A program made the position numbers and the translations under genes. Source: a candidate division WOR-3 bacterium (GTDB lineage: Bacteria > Hydrothermota > 32-111). Taken from it: a stretch of DNA of 64,000 bases. Positions within the stretch are counted from its first letter, which is position 1; each line of letters opens with the position of its first letter. Below the pieces are notes generated by a model. That model saw only the letters and a program-made list of their open reading frames with translations, ran no database searches and was not told where the DNA came from. Below are positions 50,901-61,890 of the stretch, in pieces. The stretch covers positions 576,001 to 640,000 of the forward strand of contig JBDRZU010000001.1 of NCBI GenBank assembly GCA_039804105.1, written 5' to 3'.

Positions 50901-51888
50901 TATAAAACAAAAAACTGAGTTAACTGTAGAAGACCTGTTTAAAGATAACAAAGAGGAACTAACTTTGAAAGTTGTTTCTGGATATAAAGGGATGACAAAT
51001 CTCATAAAGAGTAAAGAGGTTATCAATGCAGGACTCGCTTTTGCAGGATATACAGAACATATTCAAAAAAATTCCTTGATAGTTGCAGGTGATATAGAAC
51101 TTGATTTTTTTAACAACCTGAACAGTTCAAAAAGAAAACTTTTTTTAAGCTCAATCTTTGAAAAAGGATGCGCTGCTTTATTTATAATAACCGAAAGAAA
51201 TATTCCCAAAATAATAAAAATTATTTCAAATAAAAAAAATATTCCTGTAATTACAGGTAACAAAACGATCTACAACACAATAAATAAACTTTCACTCTAC
51301 CTTTCGAGTAAACTTGCTGAATCAATAACAAAACATGGGACCCTTGTTGATATTTACGGTGTCGGAGTTTTGCTTACAGGCAAAAGTGGAATAGGAAAAA
51401 GCGAGTGCGCTCTTGATCTTGTTGATAGAGGTCATCGTCTCGTTGCAGATGATGCTGTAAAAATTTATAAAAGAGGAGAGCATATTCTAATGGGAACGGG
51501 AATAGCACCCGATTCCTCTATCCAGTATCATATGGAGGTCAGAGGTGTCGGAATACTTGATATCGCCAAGATATTTGGAATAAGGGGTGTCAGGTTACAC
51601 AAAAGAATTGAAATTGAGATAAACCTGATAGAATGGAAACCTGACACAGATATCGAAAGGGTTGGGCTTAAAGAGGAAACATCAAATATACTTGGTGTTG
51701 AGATACCTTTAGTTAAAATACCTCTTTTACCTGGAAAAAATATTTCAGTTATAGCAGAAGTAGTAGCACTTAATCACCTTTTAAAAATTTCAGGTTATGA
51801 TACAAGCAAAGTTTTCAACGCAACCCTGATAAAACTTATGCAGGAAAAAGCAAAAAAATTGGCAAGACTTGATGAGGATGAAGAATGA
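50890..51888 (+). CDS. hprK: HPr kinase/phosphorylase
   Basis: HGTLVDIYGVGVLLTGKSGIGKSECALDL, LVADD, EVRGVGI. Confidence 0.95.
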   Translation: MTDNIKQKTELTVEDLFKDNKEELTLKVVSGYKGMTNLIKSKEVINAGLAFAGYTEHIQKNSLIVAGDIELDFFNNLNSSKRKLFLSSIFEKGCAALFIITERNIPKIIKIISNKKNIPVITGNKTIYNTINKLSLYLSSKLAESITKHGTLVDIYGVGVLLTGKSGIGKSECALDLVDRGHRLVADDAVKIYKRGEHILMGTGIAPDSSIQYHMEVRGVGILDIAKIFGIRGVRLHKRIEIEINLIEWKPDTDIERVGLKEETSNILGVEIPLVKIPLLPGKNISVIAEVVALNHLLKISGYDTSKVFNATLIKLMQEKAKKLARLDEDEE

Positions 51889-52265
51889 TATACGGAATTT
51901 TTACAGGTCATAACAATTTTGCATACGAAACAGTTAAAAGTTGCGAAAGTATAATAGGCGAACAGGGGAACTATTCAACTATTTCCAACAGAGAACTTTC
52001 AAATGATGAAATCTATGAGGAGTTTAAAAAAATTTTAAAAGATTATTCAGAATCTAAAGAGTTCTTTATATTCATAGATTTCTATGGTTCTTCAATTTCA
52101 CTTCCGGCAATAAAGATTAAACAGAACGAAGAAAAGAATTCAATAAAACTTATCTTCGGATACAATCTTCCAATGGTTATCGATTTTTTCCTTCATAGAA
52201 ATAAATTAAATGGGGAACAACTTTACGAAAAAATAATCGATGTTGGGAAAAGAGGTGTCAGATGA
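51885..52265 (+). CDS. PTS mannose-class EIIA
   Basis: FTGH phospho-His region, DFYGSS, GYNLPM. Confidence 0.8.
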   Translation: MIYGIFTGHNNFAYETVKSCESIIGEQGNYSTISNRELSNDEIYEEFKKILKDYSESKEFFIFIDFYGSSISLPAIKIKQNEEKNSIKLIFGYNLPMVIDFFLHRNKLNGEQLYEKIIDVGKRGVR

Positions 52266-52732
52266 AAATATTAAGGATAGATGACAGGTTGATACATGGA
52301 CAAATAATTGCTGGGTGGATACCGAATCTTGGTATTTCAAACATTTTACTCTTTAATGATTCTTTACCTTTAGATATGTTACAGATTTATAAAAATATGA
52401 TACCTGAGGATGTAAATCTGGAAATCTTAAACATAGATCAAGTTGATAAAATACCTGATGAAAATTCCTCAATATACCTTTTTGAAAATATAAAAACCCT
52501 AAAAAATAATTTGAACAAACTTGTAAACATAAGCTTTGATATTTTTAATCTCGGTGGAATGAGAAATAAAGAGAACAAACAAAAGATTTTGGACTTTATT
52601 TATATGGATGAAAAAGATATTGACGATTTTTTCTCAATAATAGAAAGTTTGAAATTCAAAAAAATCAACGCCCAACAGTTGCCAACAACACAATCTTTTG
52701 ATATTAAGAGAATTCTTGAAAAAAGGAGTTGA
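52262..52732 (+). CDS. PTS mannose/sorbose-class EIIB
   Basis: [16 protein letters not shown]. Confidence 0.88.
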   Translation: MKILRIDDRLIHGQIIAGWIPNLGISNILLFNDSLPLDMLQIYKNMIPEDVNLEILNIDQVDKIPDENSSIYLFENIKTLKNNLNKLVNISFDIFNLGGMRNKENKQKILDFIYMDEKDIDDFFSIIESLKFKKINAQQLPTTQSFDIKRILEKRS

Positions 52733-52733
52733 G

Positions 52734-54404
52734 ATGAAAAAGAAAAACAGGAAAAGAAGTTTACTCACAACCATAATGATTACTGTTATTCCCTTTTATG
52801 TCGCTTTTCTATTTATCATTCTTTTCTTTATAGAATACAGAAATATTTCACATCATAATAAGGATACTGAGGATTATTTTAAAAGTATAATGGATAACTA
52901 TTCGATTTCATCTGCTAACTACATTCAGAGAGACGATACAAACGGGATATTGAACATACTAAACAATCTTTCAAAATTGCCGGATTTTAAATTTGCTCTG
53001 GTTCTTGATTCAAACCTTCAAATATTCAGTTATTCGAAAAGTGACAATAAAAACGAAATGATCATCTCAAAAGAAATTGCAAAAAAATCTATCGAAGATA
53101 TTAAGGTCATAAAAGAGTTTAACAAAAATCTTTTACTCGATATTTATTATTCTCCTATTTACTATGAAATCAACGGACAAAGAGAGTTTCTTGGAGTTCT
53201 CTGTGTTGGTCTCTCAAGAAATGAAAATGTAAATACAATTATAAATATATTAATCCAGACATTTGCTATAATAGCATTCTCTCTAATTCTATTTTTCTTA
53301 ATTTTACTTCTTCTTTACAGAAGAATAAAAAATCCTATAAATATGATCACACAGGAGATGAAGCAGATAAATGAAGGGAAAGGTAATGTTGAAAACCGTG
53401 AAATAACAGTAGAAGCTGAGAGAGAAATAAATGAGTTGATCGAAGAATTTAATAAGGTTCTTAATTTTCTCTATAAAATAAAGAACGATGTTTCAGCTAT
53501 AACAAATCAATTAAATGAACACATTGAACTTTTATCGTCTTCTTCCGAAGAGCTAACAGCATCATCGGAAGAAATCACTTCAACGATCCAGGAAATTTCA
53601 CAGAATTCTTCAGAACAGGCGAAAAAGATTGAAGAGGTATTCCAAAAAACGGAAACAACAAAATCAAGTATAAATACATCTTTTGATAAAACAAAGATGA
53701 ATGAAGAGTTTTCATCAAAGATAAACGAGGTTACAATTACCGGAAAAGAACTTTCTAAACAGGCTGTTGAAAAAATTGAAACAATTATAAACAGTTCAAA
53801 TGAACTTTATGAAAAAATAAAGGATATAAGTGAAAAACAGGAAAAAATATCGATAATAACCGATACAATAGAATCCATAACCAACAGAACAAACATATTG
53901 TCCCTAAACGCTTCAATAGAAGCTGCAAGGGCTGGCGAATATGGAAAAGGATTTCAAGTAGTAGCAGAAGAGATAAGAAAACTTGCAGAAAAATCTCAGG
54001 AATCAGCATTGGCTATACATGGAATAATAAATGAAATAAAAAGTTCAATAGATATACTTATAAATCAAAGTAGATCAAACGAATTGGTTCTCAACGAAGG
54101 TAAAGATGTAATTTTGAACACATCAGAGGTACTTGAAAATATAAGTAACAGTATATCGTCAATCACAGAAAACAATAAAAGTATTTCAAATGAAATTAAA
54201 AATGTAAAAATGATTATAGATGAATTCAGTTTAACAATAAACGAGGTTGTAAAAATTTCTGAAACAAATGCTTCAGCAAGTGAGGAGATAGCAGCAAGTA
54301 TAGAACAACAGGGTGCTTCCATAGAAGAATTGGCTTCGAGTGCTCAACATTTATATGAAATAATCGGTAAACTTAAAGATATAGTTAATAAATTTCAAGG
54401 TTGA
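52734..54404 (+). CDS. Methyl-accepting chemotaxis protein
   Basis: Two TM segments, HAMP-like linker, [31 protein letters not shown]. Confidence 0.93.
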   Translation: MKKKNRKRSLLTTIMITVIPFYVAFLFIILFFIEYRNISHHNKDTEDYFKSIMDNYSISSANYIQRDDTNGILNILNNLSKLPDFKFALVLDSNLQIFSYSKSDNKNEMIISKEIAKKSIEDIKVIKEFNKNLLLDIYYSPIYYEINGQREFLGVLCVGLSRNENVNTIINILIQTFAIIAFSLILFFLILLLLYRRIKNPINMITQEMKQINEGKGNVENREITVEAEREINELIEEFNKVLNFLYKIKNDVSAITNQLNEHIELLSSSSEELTASSEEITSTIQEISQNSSEQAKKIEEVFQKTETTKSSINTSFDKTKMNEEFSSKINEVTITGKELSKQAVEKIETIINSSNELYEKIKDISEKQEKISIITDTIESITNRTNILSLNASIEAARAGEYGKGFQVVAEEIRKLAEKSQESALAIHGIINEIKSSIDILINQSRSNELVLNEGKDVILNTSEVLENISNSISSITENNKSISNEIKNVKMIIDEFSLTINEVVKISETNASASEEIAASIEQQGASIEELASSAQHLYEIIGKLKDIVNKFQG

Positions 54405-54405
54405 A

Positions 54406-54981
54406 TCACAACCTTTGAAGGATCATTTTCGAAACAGCTTTGAGTGTTTCAAACACACCGATTCCCTGGGTTGCAACCGCTTCAAAATATGGTACATTCC
54501 AGGGATTCAACGCCTGCTGTAAATCCTCTATCGATGAAATATTCGGTAGATCTCTTTTGTTGTACTGCATTACAAATGGGATATCTTCTATTTTTAAGTT
54601 ATGTTCAGCAAGATTTTCAAGAAGATTATCAACACTTTCAATGTTATCTTCAAACCTTTCAATCTGTGAATCTGCAACAAAAACTATTCCATCAACTCCC
54701 TTAAGGATAAGTTTTCTTGATGCGTTATAATAGATCTGACCTGGCACAGTGTAAAGTTGAAATTTTGTTTTAAAACCTTTAACTGAACCAATATCCATTG
54801 GTAAAAAATCAAAAAATAAAGTCCTATCCATTTCGGTTGCGAGAGAGATCATCTTTCCTCTTGTTTCTGGACTTATTTTATTATATATTACTTTAAGATT
54901 TGTTGTTTTTCCTCCTAAACCTGTTCCATAGTAAACTATCTTAAATGTTATCTCTCTTGATGAGTAGTTAATAACTGACAA
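54406..54981 (-). CDS. mglA: MglA Ras-like GTPase
   Basis: [45 protein letters not shown] start after GGAGG. Confidence 0.95.
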   Translation of the reverse strand: MSVINYSSREITFKIVYYGTGLGGKTTNLKVIYNKISPETRGKMISLATEMDRTLFFDFLPMDIGSVKGFKTKFQLYTVPGQIYYNASRKLILKGVDGIVFVADSQIERFEDNIESVDNLLENLAEHNLKIEDIPFVMQYNKRDLPNISSIEDLQQALNPWNVPYFEAVATQGIGVFETLKAVSKMILQRL

Positions 54982-54995
54982 ATTTTCCTCCAATT

Positions 54996-55493
54996 TTACT
55001 TGAACAGATCATCCAGTTCACTTTCAGCTGCCTTTTTGAAATCTTCGTTGAAAGTATCTTTCATTCTTTCTGTATTACTGTTCAATTTTGCAAATATATT
55101 GTTGAAAATCCTCTCAAGTTCAGTAACCGTTGTTTTTATTCTAATTCTGATAAGTCCAAGGTTCGTGGTTTTTCCAAAAATAACTACAAGAATTATTCTC
55201 GATAGGATTATCGTAATATAAATATTTTCCTGTTTACCTTGATGAAATAGTTCTGTAAACTCATCTTCACCTATGAGTAAAGCGAGTTGACTTGTTGCTG
55301 CAAAATCTGCTGCAGCGAGTGAACCAAATGAAACAAGATCAAGGTTTGAAATATTTCCAACGGATGTAATCAGTTGCCCTGCTTTGTCAACAAGCAATAG
55401 TGCAGTTGCGTTCGTTGATGTTAAAAGTTTGTTTAAAGAATTGTTTATATCCCAGAAATCCTGTTCAAATATGCTCAGATTTTCATAACTCAA
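54996..55493 (-). CDS. mglB: MglB roadblock/LC7 protein (GAP of MglA)
   Basis: [41 protein letters not shown]. Confidence 0.92.
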   Translation of the reverse strand: MSYENLSIFEQDFWDINNSLNKLLTSTNATALLLVDKAGQLITSVGNISNLDLVSFGSLAAADFAATSQLALLIGEDEFTELFHQGKQENIYITIILSRIILVVIFGKTTNLGLIRIRIKTTVTELERIFNNIFAKLNSNTERMKDTFNEDFKKAAESELDDLFK

Positions 55494-55501
55494 AAATCCT
55501 C

Positions 55502-56425
55502 CTATCTATTTGAACATTCTTCTTTTTTCAAAAGGTTTTGATATTTTTCGTTCAAAAATCTCCTTAACTCCTCAACAAGTTCGGGATCATTTTTAAGATG
55601 TTTAAATCTTTGTTGCCTGAAAAGGAAATCCTCTAAGGGTTTTTCCTTTTTAGGTTTAACATTAACTTTGTATTTCCCATTTTCATATTCATAAACATTC
55701 CAGAAATGTGTTGATACTGCAAGTTCTGAAAGTTCAACAGATGCAGATGGCTCTGTTCCCCAACCAAGTGGACATGGTGAAAGAACATCGATAAAAGAAG
55801 GACCATCAACTTTTAAAGCTTTTTTAACTTTTTCAACAAAATCATTCCAATAAAATATTGATGCCTGTGCAACATAGGGAATGTTGTGAGCTATCATTAT
55901 TTCTGTAAGATCTTTTCTGTGTTGCATTTTTCCCTTAATGCTTTTTCCAGCAGGGCTTGTTGTGGTGCTTGCTCCAAAAGGTGTTGCCGAAGATCTTTGA
56001 ATACCAGTATTCATATAGGCCCCATTATCATAACAAACATACAAAAGTTTATGTCCTCTCTCCATTGCTCCAGATAAAGATTGTAGACCTATATCGTAGG
56101 TTCCACCATCACCACCAAAAGCTATTATGTTTATATCCTTATTTATCTTTCCCTTTTTCTTTAAAGCTCTGTAAGCACTTTCGATTCCACTTGCTGTCGC
56201 TGCTGAGTTTTCAAAAGCGTTATGCATAAAAGGAACTTTCCATGATGTATATGGGTATATCGTTGAAACGACCTCCATACATCCGGTTGCTCCAACAAAA
56301 ACTGTATTCTCACCTGCTGCAGCTGCAATTAGCCTTAAAATTATTGTTCCACCACAACCAGCACAAGCTCTATGACCGGGGGTGAAAAGATTTCCTTTAC
56401 TTGCTAACTCTTTTATGTTTGCCAT
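55502..56425 (-). CDS. porB: Pyruvate:ferredoxin oxidoreductase beta subunit
   Basis: GHRACAGCG, TGCMEV, GGDGGTYDIG, YMNTGIQRS, SPCP. Confidence 0.92.
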   Translation of the reverse strand: MANIKELASKGNLFTPGHRACAGCGGTIILRLIAAAAGENTVFVGATGCMEVVSTIYPYTSWKVPFMHNAFENSAATASGIESAYRALKKKGKINKDINIIAFGGDGGTYDIGLQSLSGAMERGHKLLYVCYDNGAYMNTGIQRSSATPFGASTTTSPAGKSIKGKMQHRKDLTEIMIAHNIPYVAQASIFYWNDFVEKVKKALKVDGPSFIDVLSPCPLGWGTEPSASVELSELAVSTHFWNVYEYENGKYKVNVKPKKEKPLEDFLFRQQRFKHLKNDPELVEELRRFLNEKYQNLLKKEECSNR

Positions 56426-56433
56426 TTTTACTC

Positions 56434-57609
56434 CTACTCTCTAACAGTTATATATCTAACAGGATCACCTTTGCCATTCTTTTCAGTAAAAATCTTTATA
56501 TCGAAATAAACTTTTTCAATATCATCAACATCGATATCCCTTCCACCAAGGCCATAAACATAATCCCTTAATATTGGCTTCGAGGCGGATATATACAATG
56601 CCGATTTGATATCGTTGAAAAGATGACCACCGGTTCCTGAAAACATATCACTCCTATCAAACACAGCGCAACCCTTTACATTTTTCAAAGATTCTATTAT
56701 GTCTTCTTCAAAAAATGGTCTGTAGAATCTTATTTTTAAAGATCCAACTTTTTGACCTTCTTTTCTAAGTTTATCTACTACATATCTTATCGTTCCAGCT
56801 GTTGAACCGAGAGCGATAAAACAGTACTCAGCATCATCCATCATATATTTTTCAACAACATTATAATTTCTTCTCATACTCTTGTTAAAATCGTTGAGAA
56901 TCTCTTTTATCTTTGTCTTCGATTCTCTTATAAAGTTTGCCTGTTGAACCTTTATTTCCATATAATAATCCTGTAAAGCAAGAGGCCCCACAGTTATGGG
57001 GTTATCAACATCGAGAATATTGTATGGGGTCTTTGGTTCACCAAGATATTTTTTTACCTCGTCATCATCATACATCTCAACTCTTTGCATAGCATGGGAA
57101 ATTATAAAGCCATCAGTTGTAACCATCGAAGGAAGAAAGAGATTTTCGGAAAGTTTTACCGCCAAAATCGTTTGATCATAAGCTTCCTGGGGATCTTCAG
57201 AGAAAATCTGTATCCAGCCAGCATCCCTTGAAGCCATAGTATCAGAATGATCGCAGTGTATATTTATTGGAGCAGACAATGCTCTGTTAACTTCGCATAT
57301 TACTATTGGTAATCTTAAACCACCTGCAACAAATAGGATTTCATGCATAAGTGCAAGACCTTGAGATGAAGTTCCTGTCATAACTCTTGCTCCAGCTGCT
57401 GACGCACCAACACATGCAGAAATAGCTGAATGTTCAGATTCTGTTGGAACAAAAACTGTATCAACCTCTCCGTTACTAACAAAAGAAGAAAATATTTGAA
57501 CTATTTCCGTAGCAGGCGTTATCGGATATGCGGCAACAACATCAGGATTTATCTGTCTCATCGCTTCAGCCATTGCTTCATTACCTGTTTTTGCAACTAT
57601 TTTTGACAT
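56434..57609 (-). CDS. porA: Pyruvate:ferredoxin oxidoreductase alpha subunit
   Basis: AAYPITP, ESEHSA, TSSQGLALMHE, YGLGGRD. Confidence 0.92.
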   Translation of the reverse strand: MSKIVAKTGNEAMAEAMRQINPDVVAAYPITPATEIVQIFSSFVSNGEVDTVFVPTESEHSAISACVGASAAGARVMTGTSSQGLALMHEILFVAGGLRLPIVICEVNRALSAPINIHCDHSDTMASRDAGWIQIFSEDPQEAYDQTILAVKLSENLFLPSMVTTDGFIISHAMQRVEMYDDDEVKKYLGEPKTPYNILDVDNPITVGPLALQDYYMEIKVQQANFIRESKTKIKEILNDFNKSMRRNYNVVEKYMMDDAEYCFIALGSTAGTIRYVVDKLRKEGQKVGSLKIRFYRPFFEEDIIESLKNVKGCAVFDRSDMFSGTGGHLFNDIKSALYISASKPILRDYVYGLGGRDIDVDDIEKVYFDIKIFTEKNGKGDPVRYITVRE

Positions 57610-57625
57610 TTTTTCTCCTTATAAA

Positions 57626-57901
57626 TCATTTCTCTTCTTTCACCATATCGATAGCATCAAATGGACAAACTTTACTACAGATACCACAACCCTTACAATG
57701 TTCATAATCTATACCTATCATTTTTCCATCTTTTATGATAATGGATGAATCAGGGCAAAAAAGCCAGCACTGTAAACATTGTTTACACTTGTCACTCTTA
57801 TACAAAGGTTTTTCAGATCTCCAGTCACCGGTTTTAAATTCCTCAGCAGTTCCACCTTTAACTATAAGAGCTATATCAACATCTTTCCAATTTTTTTTCA
57901 T
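57626..57901 (-). CDS. porD: Pyruvate:ferredoxin oxidoreductase delta subunit
   Basis: TGDWR..KP, CKQCLQCWLFCPD, CKGCGICSKVCP. Confidence 0.92.
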   Translation of the reverse strand: MKKNWKDVDIALIVKGGTAEEFKTGDWRSEKPLYKSDKCKQCLQCWLFCPDSSIIIKDGKMIGIDYEHCKGCGICSKVCPFDAIDMVKEEK

Positions 57902-58479
57902 TCTGAAACAACCTCCTCATAAGCCCTTTTTATAGATTTGATGTTTCCATCAATAACTTCGGGCTTATTTGCAAATTTCTTTTTCAGTTTTTCTTCGGTA
58001 TCTTTCAACATCCTTTCAAAATCAAGAATCCCTGTTACTTTAACCAGGGCTCCAAACATCGGAGTGTTAGGTTTGTTTGCACCTATCTCTTCCAAAGAAA
58101 TCTTTGAAGCATCGACTGTATAAATTTTTATATTTCTATTTATCTTATATTTTTCTCTTATCTCTGATGGTTTTTTCACAGTGTTCACTATAAGTATGCC
58201 ACCATTCTCCATTCCAGAAGTGGTATCAACAGTATCCATAAGTGACTGATCAAGAACCACAACAACATCTGGATTTTTTATTGGCGAATGTATGGTTATC
58301 TCTTTATCGGATAACCTGTTAAAAGATTGAACTGGTGCTCCCATTCTTTCAGGCCCATACTCTGGAAACGCCTGGATATATTTACCTGTAGCCAGAGCGG
58401 AATCTGCAAAAAGCAGTGCTACAGTTTTTGCTCCCTGGCCACCACGACCATGCCACCTTATCTCAAAAAAATCTTTCAT
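57898..58479 (-). CDS. porC: Pyruvate:ferredoxin oxidoreductase gamma subunit
   Basis: EIRWHGRGGQGAKT, FPEYGPERMGAPV, PNTPMFGA. Confidence 0.92.
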   Translation of the reverse strand: MKDFFEIRWHGRGGQGAKTVALLFADSALATGKYIQAFPEYGPERMGAPVQSFNRLSDKEITIHSPIKNPDVVVVLDQSLMDTVDTTSGMENGGILIVNTVKKPSEIREKYKINRNIKIYTVDASKISLEEIGANKPNTPMFGALVKVTGILDFERMLKDTEEKLKKKFANKPEVIDGNIKSIKRAYEEVVSE

Positions 58480-58507
58480 CGTTTAACCTCCGATTCATTA
58501 AAACTAT

Positions 58508-58535
58508 ATTATATTTTAACTCCTTTTAAAGTCAA
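58508..58535 (-). promoter_or_regulatory. sigma70-type promoter for the por-mgl operon
   Basis: TTGACT-16-TATAAT; GGAGG before ATG 58479. Confidence 0.7.
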
Positions 58536-58588
58536 GAAAATTTTCTATTCTATTGATTTTATTAATTAAAACAATTAAACTATAATTT

Positions 58589-59608
58589 ATGGAATCTATA
58601 TATAATCATACTTTAACAAAATTGAAAGAAGATCTTGCAAAAAAAGGATTTAAACCTTTTCGAGCAGAACAGATCTATAAATGGTTATATTGTAAAAAAA
58701 TCAACGATTTTACAAAAATGACAGATATTTCTTTAAGAGAGAGAGAGAGTTTAGAAAAAATCTATGATATTTCACTTTTTAAAAATTACACCGAGTTCAT
58801 ATCAAAAATCGACAAAACAAAAAAATATCTTTTCAATCTCTCCGAAAATGAAAGTATAGAATCTGTTCTTATGAAAGAAAACAATAGAATAACAATCTGT
58901 TTATCTTCTCAAACTGGTTGTCCATTAAAATGCAGATTTTGTGCGACTGGAAAAAAAAGTGGTAGAAACCTTTCAGTTGAAGAGATTGTAAAAGAGTTTA
59001 CAACCATCTATTATTTAAGCCCCGAAAGGATTACTAACATAGTTTTTATGGGTATGGGCGAACCTCTTTTAAACTATTCAAACATATTTGAATCTATAAA
59101 AATTTTCAACGAAAAAGAGGGTATTAAAATTGGGGCAAGAAAGATTACAATATCAACTGCCGGAATAGTTGAAGGGATTGAAAGAATTATTGAGTTCCCA
59201 TTACAGGTTAAACTTGCTGTTTCATTAAATAGTGCAATAGAAGAAAAAAGAGAATATCTTATGCCTGTAACAAAAACAAACAGTATTTTAGCACTAAAAA
59301 AAGTTTTAAAGAAATATCAGGAAGTTAAAAAAAAGAGGATAACTTTTGAATATATAATAATTCCTGGATTCAACGATGGTAGAGAGGATATTAAACAACT
59401 TTTAAAATTTCTTTCAGAATTCGACTGTAAGCTTAACCTTATACCTTACAACAAAACTGATGGGGAGTTCAGAGAACCAACAGAAAAGGAAATAAAGGAT
59501 TTCTTTGAAAAGGTATCAATTCTCAAAGATGCAGTATCGATTAGAAAAAGCAAAGGCAAAGATATTTCAGGCGCCTGTGGACAATTGAAAGGGAAATTCA
59601 CTTTTTAA
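58589..59608 (+). CDS. rlmN: 23S rRNA m2A2503/tRNA methyltransferase RlmN
   Basis: TICLSSQTGCPLKCRFC, MGMGEP, NLIPYN, DISGACGQL. Confidence 0.95.
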   Translation: MESIYNHTLTKLKEDLAKKGFKPFRAEQIYKWLYCKKINDFTKMTDISLRERESLEKIYDISLFKNYTEFISKIDKTKKYLFNLSENESIESVLMKENNRITICLSSQTGCPLKCRFCATGKKSGRNLSVEEIVKEFTTIYYLSPERITNIVFMGMGEPLLNYSNIFESIKIFNEKEGIKIGARKITISTAGIVEGIERIIEFPLQVKLAVSLNSAIEEKREYLMPVTKTNSILALKKVLKKYQEVKKKRITFEYIIIPGFNDGREDIKQLLKFLSEFDCKLNLIPYNKTDGEFREPTEKEIKDFFEKVSILKDAVSIRKSKGKDISGACGQLKGKFTF

Positions 59609-60110
59609 ATAAAGGATATTTTTTAAAACCTAAAACAGATGATATGATATTGTAAGGGAACTGCTCAATCTTTGTGTTAAAGTTTGTTACACACCAATTG
59701 TAAGTTTCCCTTCTATCAGCTATATGGTTTTCTATTGTTGTTATTCTTTTTTGAAGATTCAAAAAATTTTCATTTGCTTTAAGTTCAGGATATTTTTCAG
59801 CTAACGCAAAAAGATTTTTTGTCTCGTTCCTGACCACTTCGTCAAATTTTGACTTTTCACTTATCTCCATATCATCAGAATAACCACTTCTAATTTTTAT
59901 AACCTTTTTCAATGTTTCCTGTTCATAGGAAGCATAACATTTAACAACCTCAACAAGATTCGTCAATTCATCATTCCTTTGTTTCAAAAGAACATCAATA
60001 TTTGAAAGTGATTGAAATATTCTGTTCTTTAAAAATATCAGATCATTATAAAGGATCACAAAAAGTATCAAAATGAAAATTACAACTGTAAATATTATTA
60101 TAAGAACCAT
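59598..60110 (-). CDS. lemA: LemA family protein
   Basis: N-terminal TM, YN.L, DVLLKQR, AEKYPELKANENF, RRETYN, FP. Confidence 0.93.
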   Translation of the reverse strand: MVLIIIFTVVIFILILFVILYNDLIFLKNRIFQSLSNIDVLLKQRNDELTNLVEVVKCYASYEQETLKKVIKIRSGYSDDMEISEKSKFDEVVRNETKNLFALAEKYPELKANENFLNLQKRITTIENHIADRRETYNWCVTNFNTKIEQFPYNIISSVLGFKKYPLFKK

Positions 60111-61819
60111 TAAAAACCTCCAAAAGAAAAAATTATTAGGATTATAAAAATAGTTATCATAACCAAAGACGATATAAGAAAAATGTTTGAGTATTTTAAA
60201 AATGTCTTTTCACTGAAATCCGAAATGAAAAGAATCTTATCATCTTTAGAATATACCATTTCAAGATTCTCATTTTCTCTTCTCTCCATTACTTTTTTAT
60301 CAAAATCTCTTTCCATTTCAAGTTTTGCTTTTTCCCATTCTTCATAATCTATTTTGTTATCTCGGTTCAGATCAAAATTTTTCATATAACTCAGATCCAA
60401 CTTTTTATTTTTAATAAACTCATTTTTCTCTTTCATATAATCTTTATTCACAACTGAGCCTACAACAAACACTTCACCCATAACAGGTAAAATTTCTTCC
60501 TCATATTTTACATCGCCAGATTCCTCTGTTGAAAAAAATTTATAAAATGTTTTAGTATAAACTGTTTTGTTCTTCAGATTGAATGTAGCATTTTCTGTTT
60601 TCACAGATATTCTGTTTCCATGTTCATCCTGAACAATAAATTTTTCTGGTAGATACTCTCCAATGTGTTCGAGTTGCCATTTTGTTTTTCCCTCACCATC
60701 CTTTACTTTTTTAAATTTTTTGTACTGAAAATATACACATTTTGTTCCTGAAATTGGAGATGGAATCGAGTATTCATCGGTTATAAAACCCTTTATTTCG
60801 TTTATTCCAACACTTATGGATTCAAGTTTTGAAAATGGTATCGACTCAAGAAAAACTTTAAGTTTGAAAACTTTTAAAAATGAAACAAGATAATATATAA
60901 CCCCACCAAGAAATACATAAGGAAGCAGATTCATTTTTTCTATTCTAAAAACTATAAGTATAAGAAAAAAAACTATTCCAAAAGGTATAAAAAAAATTTC
61001 AAACAGATTAAACTTTTTCACCGTAGGCATTCTTTTCTTAAAGATCAGATCATTTGGTTTATAGATGTTATATTTAAATTCATAAACAAGATTGTTATTC
61101 TCCTTTACTTTTGTTCGATCAATATATTTTTGTTCATATTCGAAAGAGTAAAGACCTTCTTCAAAAAGTAAAGACGAAATCATTGAATATGTTTTAAAAT
61201 CAAAAAAAAGATCTTCAACAAAATTTTCAGAGTAGTTCAAATCTTCAAAAAAAACTGATGAAAAATTTTTTAAGGATTCATAAAATTTAAAAAAATTTTC
61301 ACTTTTTGAATACTTTGAAAAATTTTTAAGATTTGTATAGTTTATCTTTTTCTGTTGAAACTTTAAAAGAATTTTTTTTTCAAGAGAATACAAATAGAAT
61401 TCAAAATTCGATTGTAAGAGTAATTTTTTCAAACTAACATTTTCAATTCTTGTTTTATCAATTCCAGCCAAAAAAAGTAAACTATCATCTTTTGAGATTG
61501 TTATTTTACCTTTTTCAGTAAAAAATTCATATGTTTGATTATCGTTTCTGAAAGAGGATACTTCTATTACCTCTACAGAATCAATATCATGATCTGAAAG
61601 TATAACCGATTTGATATTTATAGAATTCAGTGAATCTTTAATATTTTCCAATTCGTACCTATTTTCAGATCTTCTTAAAATAGCCCAACCTTTTCCAATA
61701 AATTTCTGTTTTAGGGTATAAACATCGATTGTGGTAGCATGGGAAATTTTCTCAAAAAATTCTCTATCAACAGATACTGTATTATCAAAGATACATTTTA
61801 TAAATAGGTTGAATTCCAT
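60110..61819 (-). CDS. Membrane protein with GIDE-like domain and EF-hand
   Basis: TM hairpin, PFSKLESISVG.NEIKG..SPISGTKCVYF, FIVQDEHG, EEEIL..G.VFVVG; DLNRDNKIDYEE; C-terminal TM. Confidence 0.7.
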   Translation of the reverse strand: MEFNLFIKCIFDNTVSVDREFFEKISHATTIDVYTLKQKFIGKGWAILRRSENRYELENIKDSLNSINIKSVILSDHDIDSVEVIEVSSFRNDNQTYEFFTEKGKITISKDDSLLFLAGIDKTRIENVSLKKLLLQSNFEFYLYSLEKKILLKFQQKKINYTNLKNFSKYSKSENFFKFYESLKNFSSVFFEDLNYSENFVEDLFFDFKTYSMISSLLFEEGLYSFEYEQKYIDRTKVKENNNLVYEFKYNIYKPNDLIFKKRMPTVKKFNLFEIFFIPFGIVFFLILIVFRIEKMNLLPYVFLGGVIYYLVSFLKVFKLKVFLESIPFSKLESISVGINEIKGFITDEYSIPSPISGTKCVYFQYKKFKKVKDGEGKTKWQLEHIGEYLPEKFIVQDEHGNRISVKTENATFNLKNKTVYTKTFYKFFSTEESGDVKYEEEILPVMGEVFVVGSVVNKDYMKEKNEFIKNKKLDLSYMKNFDLNRDNKIDYEEWEKAKLEMERDFDKKVMERRENENLEMVYSKDDKILFISDFSEKTFLKYSNIFLISSLVMITIFIILIIFSFGGF

Positions 61820-61825
61820 TGTATA

Positions 61826-61884
61826 ATTATATATTCATTAAAACCAATTTCAATACTTGAACATTCTTTTCAAAAATATATAAT
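61826..61884. promoter_or_regulatory. Back-to-back divergent sigma70-type promoters, both leaderless
   Basis: Minus: TTGAAA-16-TATAAT-6 nt-ATG 61819; plus: TTGAAC-16-TATAAT-6 nt-ATG 61891. Confidence 0.7.
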
Positions 61885-61890
61885 TTTAAA

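Noticed and set aside
58736..58749. (AG)7 tract inside rlmN
   Set aside because: Short, in frame (encodes RERES) and in a housekeeping gene; no frameshift
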